A DNA stretch of 64,000 nt, taken from the NCBI RefSeq assembly GCF_009914755.1, contig NC_060932.1; one strand, given 5' to 3'. The stretch is from the human T2T-CHM13v2.0 reference genome, Homo sapiens. Positions 40,732 to 52,381 of this stretch are shown piece after piece. The translations under genes were made by a program, and so were the position numbers. Each line of letters begins with the position of its first letter. Within the stretch, counting starts at the first letter, position 1. The notes below the pieces were generated by a model, which saw only the letters and a list, made by a program, of their open reading frames with translations, did not search any database and was not told the DNA's origin.

Positions 40732-42325
40732 TTAGGGGCAAAGAAGGGGCCCTGCAATTGTGGTGTCCTCCAGAGGGGAACTTTCTAGGCTAGATGAGGG
40801 ACCAGCGGGTCGATCCAGGGGTCCTCAGTAGAAGCCATGGGTTGAGCTCATTTGAGGTTCCATTTGTAAGACCAGTTGTAGCTTGATGGCCTTGATCCTG
40901 GAGGAAAGAAATTTGACAAGGAGGTTAAAAATCAAGGCCGAAAGGTGAGTAATAGTAGGATGGCTGTCCCAGGGCCTAGAAAGGGGAGGAGCCAAGGTAT
41001 CCATTGGTTAAACATATTCCAGGGTCCTGAGTGTTCAAGCTCCTTTTTCCTACTTTATATCCATTCTGTTATTTTTTTTTTACCTTTTCAATAATGATTC
41101 CTGAATGGTTAATGAAATAGCAACATTCTTCTCCTAAGAAGAGGCAGGTTCCTCCTTTTTCAGCTGTTAATAGGACTAGGGCTCTTCGGTTTTGGAGGAC
41201 TACTGCAGCTAGAGAATTAAGTCGGCATTGAAGGGCCACTAGGGAGTTGGCAACTTGTTCCATGACATCATTTAATTCTCATGATCATTTATAATAGAAT
41301 TAGGTGGAGGAGGTTATGCCTCCAATTCCAGTTCCAAGACTGCCCAGTGTTCCAGCTCCCACAATAAAAGGGACAACAAGGGCTTGTGTGTGGCAGGATT
41401 GGGGTGTAAGGAGACTTTGTAACTCTTGTTCAGTATATATGGACATGGGAGGCGCTAGAAAGGAGGGAAAGCATAGTTCTTTTGGAGTGCCATTTAGGCA
41501 TTGATAGGCTGTGTTATCAAAGATGAAAAAGATGCCTGAAGTTAGACAGGTGAAACCTGAGGTTACTGATACCCAGGACTGACATTGGAGGTGCACTTAT
41601 TGAGAGTCATGCTGAAGTTTATGCATGTGAGATTTGAGGCCTGTGTGACTGGTAAATCGGTGACTATGGGACCGATTAATTTGGTGGTGTTTAGGAATGG
41701 GGCGGATAAGTTCCACTCTCTGGGGACAGGGACTGGGACATATGGTTGAATACACAAGGGGAGACACATCCAAAAGTTGGTTGGATTACTAGGAAAGGCC
41801 TCTAGTATTCCTGAAAGAGATACCGTTAAACAGCCTCCAGAGACAAGAATGAGAGTTAAGTGTTTCTTGTAGCCTGGAAAGGTCTACCTTCTTGTATGGA
41901 CTGGGAGTACAGGAGAGCTGGACTAAGTTTTTAATTACTTGTTGAGTATGCCATTCTTTAGCCTCATCTTGGACGCCTCTTCTGTCAGACATACCTATAT
42001 GGGTATAACATGTCCAACAAGCATTGGCCCCCCATTTCTCAGGGTAGTCACCTCGGATCATTTTTCCTTGGTGATGTGTATGGCCTTTGTGAGAGCAGAG
42101 AGAAGCAGTTTTATAACATTCTTTTCTCATGTAAGTATATGTGGCAAAAGATGCGGGTGCTCGGAAGGGGCTACCTAATCCCCAAGAGTTTCTGAGAGAA
42201 TGCCAGCTGACTCCTCCAAGGGAGGCACACTGACATGGGGGTTGCGTGGTAGTTGGAGAAAGGGGCATGAGTATGAAGAGGATGGCAGGAAGCCGGAGGA
42301 TGGCAGGAAGCCTAAGAGGAGTCAT
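40732..42325 (-). pseudogene. ERV env, syncytin-1/HERV-W-like (disrupted)
   Basis: Signal peptide at 42325, WMCLPL, fusion peptide VPFIVGAGTLGSLGTGIGGI, ISD LQNRRALVLLTAEKGGT, CX6CC (CLFLGEECC), TM PWLLPFLGP, end AGPLLCP*. Several frameshifts. Confidence 0.93.
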
Positions 42326-42522
42326 GACCTGTTGTAGGTGGAATGGTCATAGGAAAGAGGAGGGAAAAAGGAGTAAATTGCTGTTAGAAGGAAGGACAAT
42401 AGAAGAAAGGTTGATGTGATTAAGATTTTTGTCCCAGCTGGAGCTACAGTGTATAATCCTACTGCAAAGAGTATAGTTAGTATACTGCTTAAAAATGTAA
42501 CAAAACAGTAGAAGGATTCCAT
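42322..42522 (-). CDS. Putative 66-aa hydrophobic ORF between pol and env
   Basis: ATG at 42522 (MESFYCFVTFLSSILTILFAVGLYTVAPAGTKILITSTFLLLSFLLTAIYSFF...). Its TGA overlaps the env ATG (ATGA). No evidence of expression. Confidence 0.3.
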   Translation of the reverse strand: MESFYCFVTFLSSILTILFAVGLYTVAPAGTKILITSTFLLLSFLLTAIYSFFPPLSYDHSTYNRS

Positions 42523-42578
42523 TAAAGAGAGCAAGGAGAGATGTCAAAGATCATGTAGGTTTTTTTACTTATCCTCTT

Positions 42579-45500
42579 TTATGTAGGGAGAAGTTCCTCT
42601 TCAGGATTAACTGCAGGAGTTTTTCTGGTCTGAGATGTTTCCTTCCAAAATAGGAGTTGCAGGTCCTCTAGTGGCTGACAGGTGTATCGAGGCTGGTCTG
42701 GCTGACCTTGTGACTCCTGAGATGATGATCCTCTAAGTTCCTCAGGAGGTGTCTAAGGTTTAACTCAGGTGTGGTGAATCCAGGATTCCAGTCCTGCCAC
42801 TTTAACTGTAGTAGGGGTAGAGAGGATTACTGAGTATGGTCCCTCCCATAAGGGATCTATAGATGGAGAGGTAGAGGGGAGAGACTTGACCAATACTAGA
42901 TCTCCTGGTGGAAACAACACTGTTCCTTTTTCCCTGTCACAACTTTTCGGTAAAGTTTTAAGGTTTTGTTGATATTTTGCCAGAGAAGTTCTATCTTTGA
43001 CTAAATTGGCCATTTCCTGATTGAGCAGGAAGTCATTTGTGAGAAAAGTCTGTCCATACAGCATTTCATACGGACTGAGCCCCATTCTGTGAGGGGATTT
43101 TTCAATTCTTAATAAGGCAATGGGCAAGAGAGTGGGCCATGGGAGATGAGTTTCTTGTGCTAGCTTTCTCAAATGCCTCTTGAGTGTTTCATTCGTCTTT
43201 TTGGCTTTCACTGAGGATTGTGGCCTCCAGGCACAGTGAAGGTGGTATTGTATTCCTAGTGCCTTGGAAATTCCTTGAGTTATTATAGCTTTAAAAGCTG
43301 GATCGTTGTCACTTTGTAAGCTTTGGGGAAGTCAAAGTCTAGGAATTATTTCATGAACTAAGACTTTAACCACTTCTTGGGCCTTCTCTGTTCTACAAGG
43401 TAAGGCTTCCACCCAATTTGTAAAGGTATCAACACAGACCAATAAGTATTAACATCCTTTTGACTTTGCCATATGGGTAAAATCTAACTGCCAGTCCTCT
43501 CCAGGATAATGTCCTGTTCTTTGTCCTCCTGGAGAGGCCTTACAGTAGGCCAAGGGGTTATTCTTTTGGCACACTTCACAGGCTTTGACTACTTGCCAGA
43601 TGGTTTTGAGGAGGTTTGGCCCTGTAAATAGGGATGTGGCCATCTTATGGGTTCTTTCAATACCCATATGAAAAATTTGGTGGAGGATTCTAAGTATTTT
43701 CCACTGGCTGGCTTCGGGTATGAGCACCTTTCCTTCCTCTGTTGTTAGCCACTCCGAGGGGAGAAAACGATGTCCTTGTGAAAGTCCCTTTCTGTTTCAG
43801 TTGGGAAATACTGGGGCTTAACCTCCTGGAGGGGGTTGCTCCATACCAGGGGCCCTTCCATGGGCATTTCTGAAGGAAAGTCCTACCTGGCAGCAATTTT
43901 GTCCTAAGTGTCTGCTTGGCGGTTTCCTTCTGCTTCTTCTCCTTCACCTTTCTAATGTCCTCGGCAGTATAAGACTGCCACCTCCTTAGGTTTTTGCACT
44001 GTGTGCAATAACTCCGTGATTTCTCTGTGGTACTTAATGGGTGTTCCTCCAGAGGTTAGGAACTCCCTTTCTTTCCATATTGTAGCATATGCCTGTAGGA
44101 CTAGATAAGCATACTTGCTATCTGTGTACACATTTATTCTTTTCCCTTCTCCCAGTTCTAAGGCTCGGGTAAGCGCCATTGGTTCTGCTAACTGAGCACT
44201 GGTCCCTGGGGAAAGAGGCTTACTTTCAAGTACTGCTGCATCACTAACTATGGCATAGCCTGCCTTTCGTACCCCATTTTCTACAAATGAACTTCCATCG
44301 GAGTACAGGTTAAGGTCAGGGTTAGTTAAGGGTACTTCTAAAAGATCTTTTTGGGTGGCATAAGGCTGAGCTATAATTTGTTGGCAGTCATGCTCAATTG
44401 GTTCCTCATCCTCTGGGAGAAAAGTGGCAGGGTTGAGGGCTGCACACGTGCGTATTTGAAATACTGGTTCCTCAAGGAGTAGTGCTGGTATTTAAGTAGG
44501 TAGTTATCTGAGAGCCATAAACTTCCTTTAGCATTTAATATGCCACTTAAATCATGAGTAGTCCAGACAGTGAGATCCTTTCCTTGTATTATTTTAATAG
44601 CCTCTGACACTAAGATGACTACTGCTGCAACCACTCATAAACAGTGAGGCCAGCCTTTGGCTACTATATCAACTTCCTTACTTAGGTATGCCACTGGTTG
44701 TGGGGCTGTCCCACGAGTCTGAGTAAGAACTCCAAGAGCTATTCCTGCTCTCTCGGTGACATAAAAGGATAAATTTTGTCCTGTGGGAAGGCTCAGGGCT
44801 GAAGCTTGTACCAGGGCCTGCTTTAAAGTTTTGAAGGCTGTTTCCACCTCTGACTCCCATTCTACTAGATGGGTATTTGCCTTCTAAGTCTCCTTTATCA
44901 GCGTATAGAGTGGTCTCACCATTTCACTGTATCCAGGAATCCACAGTCAGCAAAAGCCAGTGATTCCAAGGAATCCCCACAACTGTTTCAATGTTTTGGG
45001 GTGAGGATATGACAGTATAGGCTGAATAGCTCTTTGCTAAGGGCTCTAGTTCCTTTGGCAAGGACTAGGCCTAGATATTTAACTTGTTGTAGACAGACCT
45101 GGGCCTTTGTCCTAGACACTTTGTACTCTCGATTAGCTAGAAAGTTTAAGATATCTAGAGTAGCCTGCTGACATGAGGCTTCCAAACTGATAGCCAGAAA
45201 TACATCATCCATGTATTGGAGGACTAGAGTGCCTGGACTTGAGAATTGGCCTAGGTCTTGGGCCAATGCCTGACCAAACAGATGAGGGCTATCTCTAAAC
45301 CCTTGGGGCAAGACCGTCCATGTAAGCTGGAACATGTGGTCTGTAGGATCCTCAAAGTCAAAGAGGAACTGGGAGTCAGCGTGCAGGGGAATGCAGAAGA
45401 AGGCATCTTTGAGGTCCAGAACAGTGAACCATTCTGCTTCCTCTGATATCTCAGAGAGCAGTGTATAGGGGTTGGGTACAGCAGGATATAAAGGAATTAC

Positions 45501-46148
45501 TGCCTCATTGATGATTCTGATGTCTTGCACTAATCTCCACTGACCATTTGGTTTTTGTATTCCTAGGATTGGGGTGTTGCAAAGACTGCTGCATTTTCTT
45601 ACCAAGACTTGAGCTTTTAAATGTCTAACAATATCCTGTAATTCTTTATGAGCTTCAGGCCTTAAGGGATATTGCCTTTGCTAAGGAAAAGTGGTGGGGT
45701 CTTTTAGCCTGATTTGAACTGGATGGGCATTTTTTTGCCCTTCCGAATTGTTCTTCCAAAACGACAATTCAGGGTTGATTCCTTCTTCAAGTAGGGGACA
45801 ACAAATGGGTAATTTTTCCCCATATTCATGTAGATAATAGCCCCAGATTGAGCTAATATGTCCCTCCCTAACAAGGGTGTGGGACTTTCGGCATAACAAG
45901 AAAGGCATGTGAAAAGAGCAACGTCTCCCAATTGCAGCTGAAAAGGTGAGAGAAATACCTGGTTACAGGCTGTCCTAAGATTCCTTGGATAGTAACAGAC
46001 TTTGAGGACAGTCATCCAGGGCAGAAGGTTAAAACTGAGAAGGCCACACCAGTGTCCAGGAGGAAGTCCACTTCTTGGCCATCAGTGGTCAAACTTACCT
46101 GGGGCTCTTGAGGGTGATGGCATGAGCTGGCGCTTACCCCGGGCACCT
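42579..46148 (-). pseudogene. ERV pro-pol (PR, RT, RNase H, IN; disrupted)
   Basis: FLLDTG (protease), LDLKDAFF, LPQGFRDSP, QYMDD (RT), YTDSKYAY (RNase H), HHCC region, WQLDFTHM and WEGPY (integrase). Confidence 0.95.
42857..42882 (-). promoter_or_regulatory. Putative env splice acceptor
   Basis: Pyrimidine tract CTCCCCCTCTACCTCTCCATCTATAG| in the 3' part of integrase, a position typical of class I ERVs. Inferred only. Confidence 0.45.
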
Positions 46149-47608
46149 TCAGTCCTGTTGCTGAATCATCTGGTTGGGTGCTTCTGGTCCAGAGGGCCTT
46201 CATCCTCTGGGGCAGTGCACCTTCCAGTGATTGCCTTGACATATTGGACATGGATGAGGGGGTGGTTTGTTTCTTGTTGGACAATCTTTCTTAAAGTGTC
46301 CTTGCAAACTGCACTGATAACAAGCCCTACTAGGCAATTGGCCTGTTCCTCTTTTGATTCCCTCTGAGCCACCAAGGTCTGCCTGTCTGAGGACCATGAC
46401 TAAGGCTGCAGCCTTTCTCTTATCTCGCTTTTCCCTTTCGGCCTGTTCCTCTTGGTCCCTGTTAAAGAACACTGAGGTTGCCAGGTTGAATAATGCCTCC
46501 AAATTTTGTTCTGGGCCTAAGGCAGACTTTTGGAGTTTTCCTCTAATGTCAGCCACTGATTGGGTGATAAATTTATCCTTTAAATAAAATTGGCTTTCTA
46601 CAGAACCTGGAGTTAGGGCAGTGTGCTTTCTTAGATCCTCCTTTAGCCTTTCTAGAAAAGCAGAGGGGTTTTCCTTTTTTCCCTGCATAATTGTGGATAG
46701 CATTGAGTAGTTCATAGGCTTTTTCTTAGTCTTCCTCAACCCTTCCAAAATGCAAGTTAGCAAATGCCTGTGGCTCCAATCTCCATGATCTGAGTCAGTA
46801 TCCCAGTGAGGGTCTACAGTGGGGACTGCCTGCTGCCCTGTGGGGAATTTTTCCCTCTCCTCCAGGGCCATTCGATCGTTTACCTGGTTAAGGTACCACA
46901 GATCCCCACATTGACAGGCTGCTGTTAAAGCTGCTTCTTTTTCAGTAGGACTTAAGGTCTAATTAAGAAATAACATGATATCTCTCCATGTTAGATCAAA
47001 GAACTGCCCTAATCCTTGCAGGACATCTATATAGTTATCAGGATCATCCAAGAATTTCCCTAAATCTGACTTTATGTGTTTTAAATATGAGAGTGAGAAA
47101 GAGACATGTACACGGGTGGGCACAAATTCTCCTCCTACTGCTTGTAAGGGACATAGTTTGGGTGCCTAGCTCATGGAGTTTACTTTCTCTTTCCAGTGTG
47201 CCTTTAACACTTTAGTGGGGCCGGATGGAGGAGAGTCAGCAAGGGAGAATAGTAGGGCTGAAAGAGAGGTCCTGAATATGGAAACAATTGTGGGCCTCTG
47301 TCATTTGGGCAAAGCTTTCAGGCTTGGCGCAGGACAGTATGGTCAAGAAGGGCAAAGAAAGCCTGTACATAAGGGACTTCACTCCATTTACCTTCCTGTT
47401 TACAGAAAAGATCTAGTTGTAGAAGGGCGTTATAATTAATACTTCCCTCAGGGGGCCAAGTTTCTCTGTTTTGTAAGGAATACTGTGGCCAGGCAGTGGT
47501 ACAGAAGAAAATCAGCCACTTCTTTTTTAAGTTTTCAGGGTCGAATTTGTCCCAGTTATTCAGAATATATCTTAAGGGAGTGTCTGGTTTTGAAGGTGTG
47601 GTGCCAAT
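46149..47608 (-). pseudogene. ERV gag (start codon mutated to ATT; frameshifts)
   Basis: MA-like [15 protein letters not shown] and [13 protein letters not shown]-like IMQGKKENPSAFLERL, knuckles CYQCSLQGHFKKDC and CPICQGNHWKVHC, ends QQD*(TGA). Confidence 0.93.
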
Positions 47609-47746
47609 CTGAAATTTTAAACACAAGGATGCCCACAGCCCTGGTTAGTTCTGTGCCTTGTTTTCCCTTAGGGCGTCCCCTAAGAGTCAGGTCCAATTAT
47701 GCTCAAATCTCATGGCCGCTTTTCCTGAGCTCTCCATCTACCAGAT

Positions 47747-48821
47747 TCAACCATGCTTACTGGCAGGATGGAAACTTCCCTTGCACCTGCCATGCAGTCA
47801 TTGACCACTAAATAGGGCACAAGGACTGTTGGATTTATTGTGGTCCTTCTGCCAATGTGTCCTGCCTGTTCCAGGATGGCAAGGCCTGGGTCAGGGGCAC
47901 CACTGATGCTTGCATGCTAAGGCCCAATTTACGTGGGCCTGGCCGTAAAACTGTCCTTCAAGGAGAAATCTCTGAATTAGCAACAGGAGGCTTAGTAAGC
48001 TTAAAGGGGGTGGTGGAGGTCCTCTAGGCCAGGGCCAAGAGAACAGCTGCTGTACTTTAGCCTTCTGTCCCCACTTGCCATCAAAAGAGTAAGCCCTCAT
48101 TTCAAGGTGGTACCAGTATCCTTTGTCCCAACTGACTATATTTTCTTCCTTCCAATACCAATTATTGAATGGTTGAAACAACAATTCAATGTCTCTAAGA
48201 CCCGTGCCTATGCACCACAGATTGTACCTGAGAGGTCCCAAGGAAGGTGAAAGTCTATCTGGGAGCAATGGATGAAATGCCCTAAGGCTTTTACTATCCA
48301 CATGAAAATTACAGACCTGTCTTTAAATTGTCCTGATGCGGGGGACCATACACTATGGTGGTGGACTCGCCCTTCCAAGTGGCCATCAAATGGTGACATC
48401 TGCCTAAACCCCGGAGGGCACCATGAACAGGGATCTTCTGGGCATCACCCCAAGAATTTAAGACTTCTAAATAGGGAATCTTGATCCTGCCTAGCAGGAA
48501 TCACCTTGATTGCAAGATGAGGAAAGAAGTCTAGCTGGTGGACATTAGGACCCAGGAAGAAGGAGTCAGAAGATGTGGCTGTCTCACGCTCAGTAACCCG
48601 TGCAGGGGGAGCCTCTGGCGGGGTCATTGTCTCAACCAGGATATCTGGGAGACTAAGAAGGCTGCTGAGCCCTCCCAGGTGTACTTCAAGACCACCGTGG
48701 AAAGCAAAAGAATTGGAACTGGTTCCAGGCCAACCAATGCTCCCAGCCTTGAAGGGTCAGGGATTGTTAGACAGCCCTTTTCCAGACAGCCTGACACCCA
48801 TGTCTTCAGTCTGGCGGCCAT
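47747..48821 (-). pseudogene. Pre-gag ORF remnant (frameshifted)
   Basis: Chain of overlapping minus-strand ORFs 48624-48821, 48445-48627, 48208-48399 and 47891-48301. The frame continues past two TGA codons to 47747. Confidence 0.6.
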
Positions 48822-48918
48822 GCTAATTGCCTTTAAGTGGCCTACAGGTGCCCAGTATTTAGCCTCCTAATTCTAAGGAAGGATAGGACATAATAGCAAG
48901 CGAAAGAGGTCCAATCAT

Positions 48919-48924
48919 ACTCAC
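48919..48924 (-). promoter_or_regulatory. Putative major splice donor of the provirus
   Basis: ATG|GTGAGT about 30 nt downstream of the PBS. Confidence 0.65.
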
Positions 48925-48955
48925 CATGTGACAATCTAGATGCATTTCCTGGAGT

Positions 48956-48973
48956 CTCCTGGCTGGCTCACCA
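48956..48973 (-). promoter_or_regulatory. Primer binding site, tRNA-Arg(ACG)
   Basis: TGGTGAGCCAGCCAGGAG is a 17/18 match to the complement of the tRNA-Arg-ACG 3' end (TGGCGAGCCAGCCAGGAG), 3 nt after the 5' LTR. Confidence 0.9.
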
Positions 48974-48976
48974 AAA

Positions 48977-49687
48977 TGTAATGCTTAAGGTTCTTGCCTA
49001 GCCATGCCAAAGAATTGGAGTGGCGATGACCATGGCAAGTGATAGAGACACGGACCGATAGAGAGAAAAGGCTGTAGGCCTTATTGAGCAGAGTGGAAGT
49101 ACAAAGTTTCCACAGCATGGAAGGGGTCCCAAACAGGTAGCCAGAGTTAGATTATACAATTGACTTTTAAACTCTTTAAGGAGGGAAATACGTGTGGTGG
49201 GAAGATGTTACCAGAGTGAGAAACAAAGACAATTAATCATTTATGACATGTCTTAGATCTTGAGGAAAACCAGAATTGCAACTTAGGTTTTATCTATTTT
49301 ATGAACTTGCAGCAGCATGGCAAAGGAGACAGGATCTTACAGGACTTTACAAAGTATGTTTACAAAGAATTGGAATTGGGAGCATAGATAAGGTCTGCTG
49401 GTCACAGGAAAACAGGCAGTTAACGTTCCTTTTACTTCAATTTGGGCGGAGGGGAAAGGAGAGAGGCAGAGAGTACACAGGGTAACTTACAGCAAAATTT
49501 TCATTGTTTATAGCTTTCTTGGGGAAGACAATACATGCACAAATCCTGATGTTAGGAATAGTTTAAGCATATATCTTCAGTATTATTCATCCAAGACTGA
49601 AGGAAGTCCTAATGAAGGAAATGAGTGAGTTTCACAGCTTTCTGAGCCCCTACTCGACCCGGGAAGCCCAGCTGGCCCATCCTCTCA
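48977..49687 (-). repeat. 5' LTR (LTR30-like)
   Basis: TGAGAGG...GCATTACA termini on the minus strand. Direct repeat of 39951-40658, followed by the PBS. Confidence 0.95.
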
Positions 49688-50505
49688 GTTGCATAGTATT
49701 CCATGGTGTATAAGTACCACATTTTCTTTTTTTCTTTTTTTTTTCTTTTTGAGATGGAGTCTTGCTCTGTCACCCATGCTGGAGGGCAGTGGCACGATCT
49801 CTGCTCACTGCAAGCTCCGCCTCCCAGGTTCTCGCCATTCTCCTGCCTCAGCCTCCTGAGTAGCTGGGACTACAGGCGCCTGCCACCACATCCAGCTAAT
49901 TTTTTGTATTTTTAGTAAAGATGAGGTTTCACCATGTTAGCCAGGATGGCCTTGATCTCCTGACCTTGTGATCTGCCTGCCTCGGCCTCCCAAAGTGCTG
50001 GGATACAGGCGTGAGCCACTGCGCCTGGCCCAAGTACCACATTTTCTTTATCCAGTCCACCACTGATGGACATCTAGGTTGATTCCATGTCTTTGCTATT
50101 GTGAATAGTGCTGTGATGAACATACGAGTGCATGTGTCTTTTTAGTAAAATGATTTTTTTCTTTTGGATGTATAATCAGTAATAGGATTGTTGGGCTGGA
50201 TGGTAGTTCTAAGTTCTTTGAGAAATCTCCAAACTTGTTTCCACAGTGGCTAAGTTAATTTATATTCTCACCAAGAATGTATAAGCATTCCATATTCTCT
50301 ACAGCCTCAACAGCATCTGTTGCTTTTTGACTTTTTAATAATAGCCATTCTGACTGGTGTGAGATGGTATTTCATTGCAGCTTTTATTTGCTTTTCTCTG
50401 ATGCTTAGTGATGTTAATCATTTTGTCTATATTTGTTGGCTGCTTGTGTGCCTTCATTTGAGAAATATCTATTCATGACTTTTGCCAGTTTTTAATGGGG
50501 TTATC
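49688..50505 (-). mobile_element. Older L1 (L1PB/L1MA-like) 3' region that hosts the ERV and the AluY; a short stub continues at 39928-39950
   Basis: Removing the provirus rejoins GACATGATTTTTTTTTAAG-GTTG-CATAGTATTCCATGGTGTATA, which matches the L1 3' region. Translates as MFITALFTIAKTWNQP. Confidence 0.85.
49730..50030 (-). mobile_element. AluY
   Basis: CAAGCTCCGCCTCCCAGGTTCTCGCCATTCTCC and TTAGCCAGGATGG diagnostics. 18-bp TSD AAGTACCACATTTTCTTT at 49712-49729 and 50032-50049. Confidence 0.93.
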
Positions 50506-51370
50506 TGAAGAAATCTTTGCCTACTCTAAGGTTGCAAAAACATTCTCCTCTGCTTTCTTCTACAAACTTAATGGTTTTGCTTTTTTGTTTAAATCTATGA
50601 TCCATTTAAAATTTTTGTTTGTTTCTGGATTGAGTTAAGAAACAAAGTTAATTTCTTTCATATAGATATCAAGTTGTGTCACCTTCTTTTATGGAAAACT
50701 TGCTTTCCTCATTGAAACACTATGGGGACTTTGCCAAGTATATATAAATTGACAGTATAAGTGTGAATTAATTGCTATACCATTAATCTATTAGTCTATT
50801 ATTATGCTGTCTGGATTACTGTAATTTTATAGTAAGTTTTGAAATCAAGGTGCCATGAGTCCTACAGTTTATTTCCTTTTGTTATTATTTTATGGGGTAC
50901 AATGTGATATTTTGATAAATGTTTACATTGTGCAGTGATTAAATCAAGCAAAGCCACTAGTAAATGCCCTTGGTTGATTTGACCAAAGACATGGAAAAGC
51001 AGAAAGAAACCATGAGTTAAGTCAAATGCTTTTTCACAAATACATCTGGACGTCAGCTTTACGCAAGGCCTAGATATCATCAATACTTGCTATCTGATGT
51101 CAGAAATGAATATTAATCTGGGTTTTGGTGAGCCATTGCCCTTGCCCTCCTGCAAATTCAAATACTTAAATACATTACGTGGGCCAATTATTATGTAAAA
51201 TATTCTCATATATGCTATCTGACTTGAGAGTATTTCCTTTTATTAAATATTACTTTAGCTTTTCCAGAGACTTTATATTCCATAGAAATTTCAAATTAAT
51301 TTCTCAAGTTTTTACACAATCTCAGCCAGGTTTTTCATTTGGATTGCATTAACTCAATACATGAATTGGC
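50506..51370 (-). mobile_element. Degraded L1M fragments
   Basis: GAAATCTTTGCCTACTCTAAGGTTGC, TCTATGATCCATTT, TTTATAGTAAGTTTTGAAATCA and TTGGATTGCATTAA are L1M-like. Boundaries approximate. Confidence 0.55.
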
Positions 51371-52142
51371 ATGGGATTTTTTTTGAAATATATTAAGGAA
51401 AATACAAATAAAAGACATTATTGTTGATGTTAGTACAAGAAATAGGGGAATAAATTGACATTGAAATTTTTAGTATAAATCTGCAAAACTTTACCTAAGT
51501 AAAATCTGTATGAACACACTAAAGATATATGATATACAAACCAAATGCTATGAAATGTTCTAAACTAGAGGCAAAGAAGATTCACTGATTCACTTGAGAC
51601 TTTTATTGAGTACCTACATTATAGCTGACTAGGATCTCCAAATATACATGAGACAGTGCCTGCCACGCAGACAAAACTCAATGTTTGTTGAATGAGGAAA
51701 TAACTGAGATATACTCCACAAAGAGTTTGTGATCTCTTAAAGGAGGCACCCATACAAACAAGTAATTAAAAGGCAATATTGAAATACTTGTGGGAGACCT
51801 TGGGGAAGAGCTGCTAAATCTGATAAGCTATCTGATTTCAGTAAAATGCAGTATAAAATTGGTTTTGTGTAAATGAAGTTTACAATCCTAAAATACTCTA
51901 AGATCCTAATTGGCACCTAGGGAAGTCTAGTTACATGTTTTTCTCTTTATACTCATTCCTTCTGTGTTATTTTAAGATAAAAGAAATTTAAAGTGCCATA
52001 GCTTTATAAGTCAATATTTATGTTTTTTAAAAATTATTTACAATGGATTTATCTAAACATAAATATGTCACTTTATTTTCCTGTAAAACTTGTGGTGTAT
52101 AAAGACCAATAAATTATTTTATTTTTCTGTTTAAAGATCTTA

Positions 52143-52381
52143 CTCATAGACGGGAATTGAACAATGAGAACACATGGACACAGGAAGGGGAACATCACAC
52201 TCTGGGGACTGTTGTGGGGTGGACGGAGCGGGGAGGGATAGCATTAGGAGATATACCTAATGCTAAATGACGAATTAATGGGTGCAGCACACCAGCATGG
52301 CACGTGTATACATATGTAACTAACCTGCACATTGTGCACATGTACCCTAAAACTTAAAGTATAATAATAAGAAGAAAAAAA
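52143..52381 (+). mobile_element. 5'-truncated young L1 (L1PA3-like) 3'UTR with polyA
   Basis: CTCATAG...GGAGATATACCTAATGCTAAATGACG...AAAGTATAATAATAA. TSD AAAGATCTTA at 52133-52142 and 52382-52391. Confidence 0.93.

Larger units (their letters stand above)
39951..49687 (-). mobile_element. Full-length class I ERV provirus of the HERV-W/HERV9 supergroup, most like HERV30 with LTR30
   Basis: Two ~710-bp LTRs, 4-bp TSD GTTG (39947-39950 and 49688-49691), Arg PBS, PPT, and gag-pro-pol-env remnants. The HERV30 label is from recall of the LTR start TGAGAGG...CCAGCTGGGCTTCC...GAGTAGGGGCTCAGAAAGCTGTGAAACTCACTC. Confidence 0.93.

Noticed and set aside
40732-42325. ERVW-1 (syncytin-1) itself
   Set aside because: The env is frameshifted with no furin site, the PBS is Arg rather than Trp, and the LTR is not LTR17-like.
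44988-45605. RT with YMDD suggesting an active or novel reverse transcriptase system
   Set aside because: It is a fragment of the decayed ERV pol, flanked by frameshifts and stops.
48956-48973. tRNA gene
   Set aside because: Only 18 nt match a tRNA 3' end. It is the retroviral PBS.
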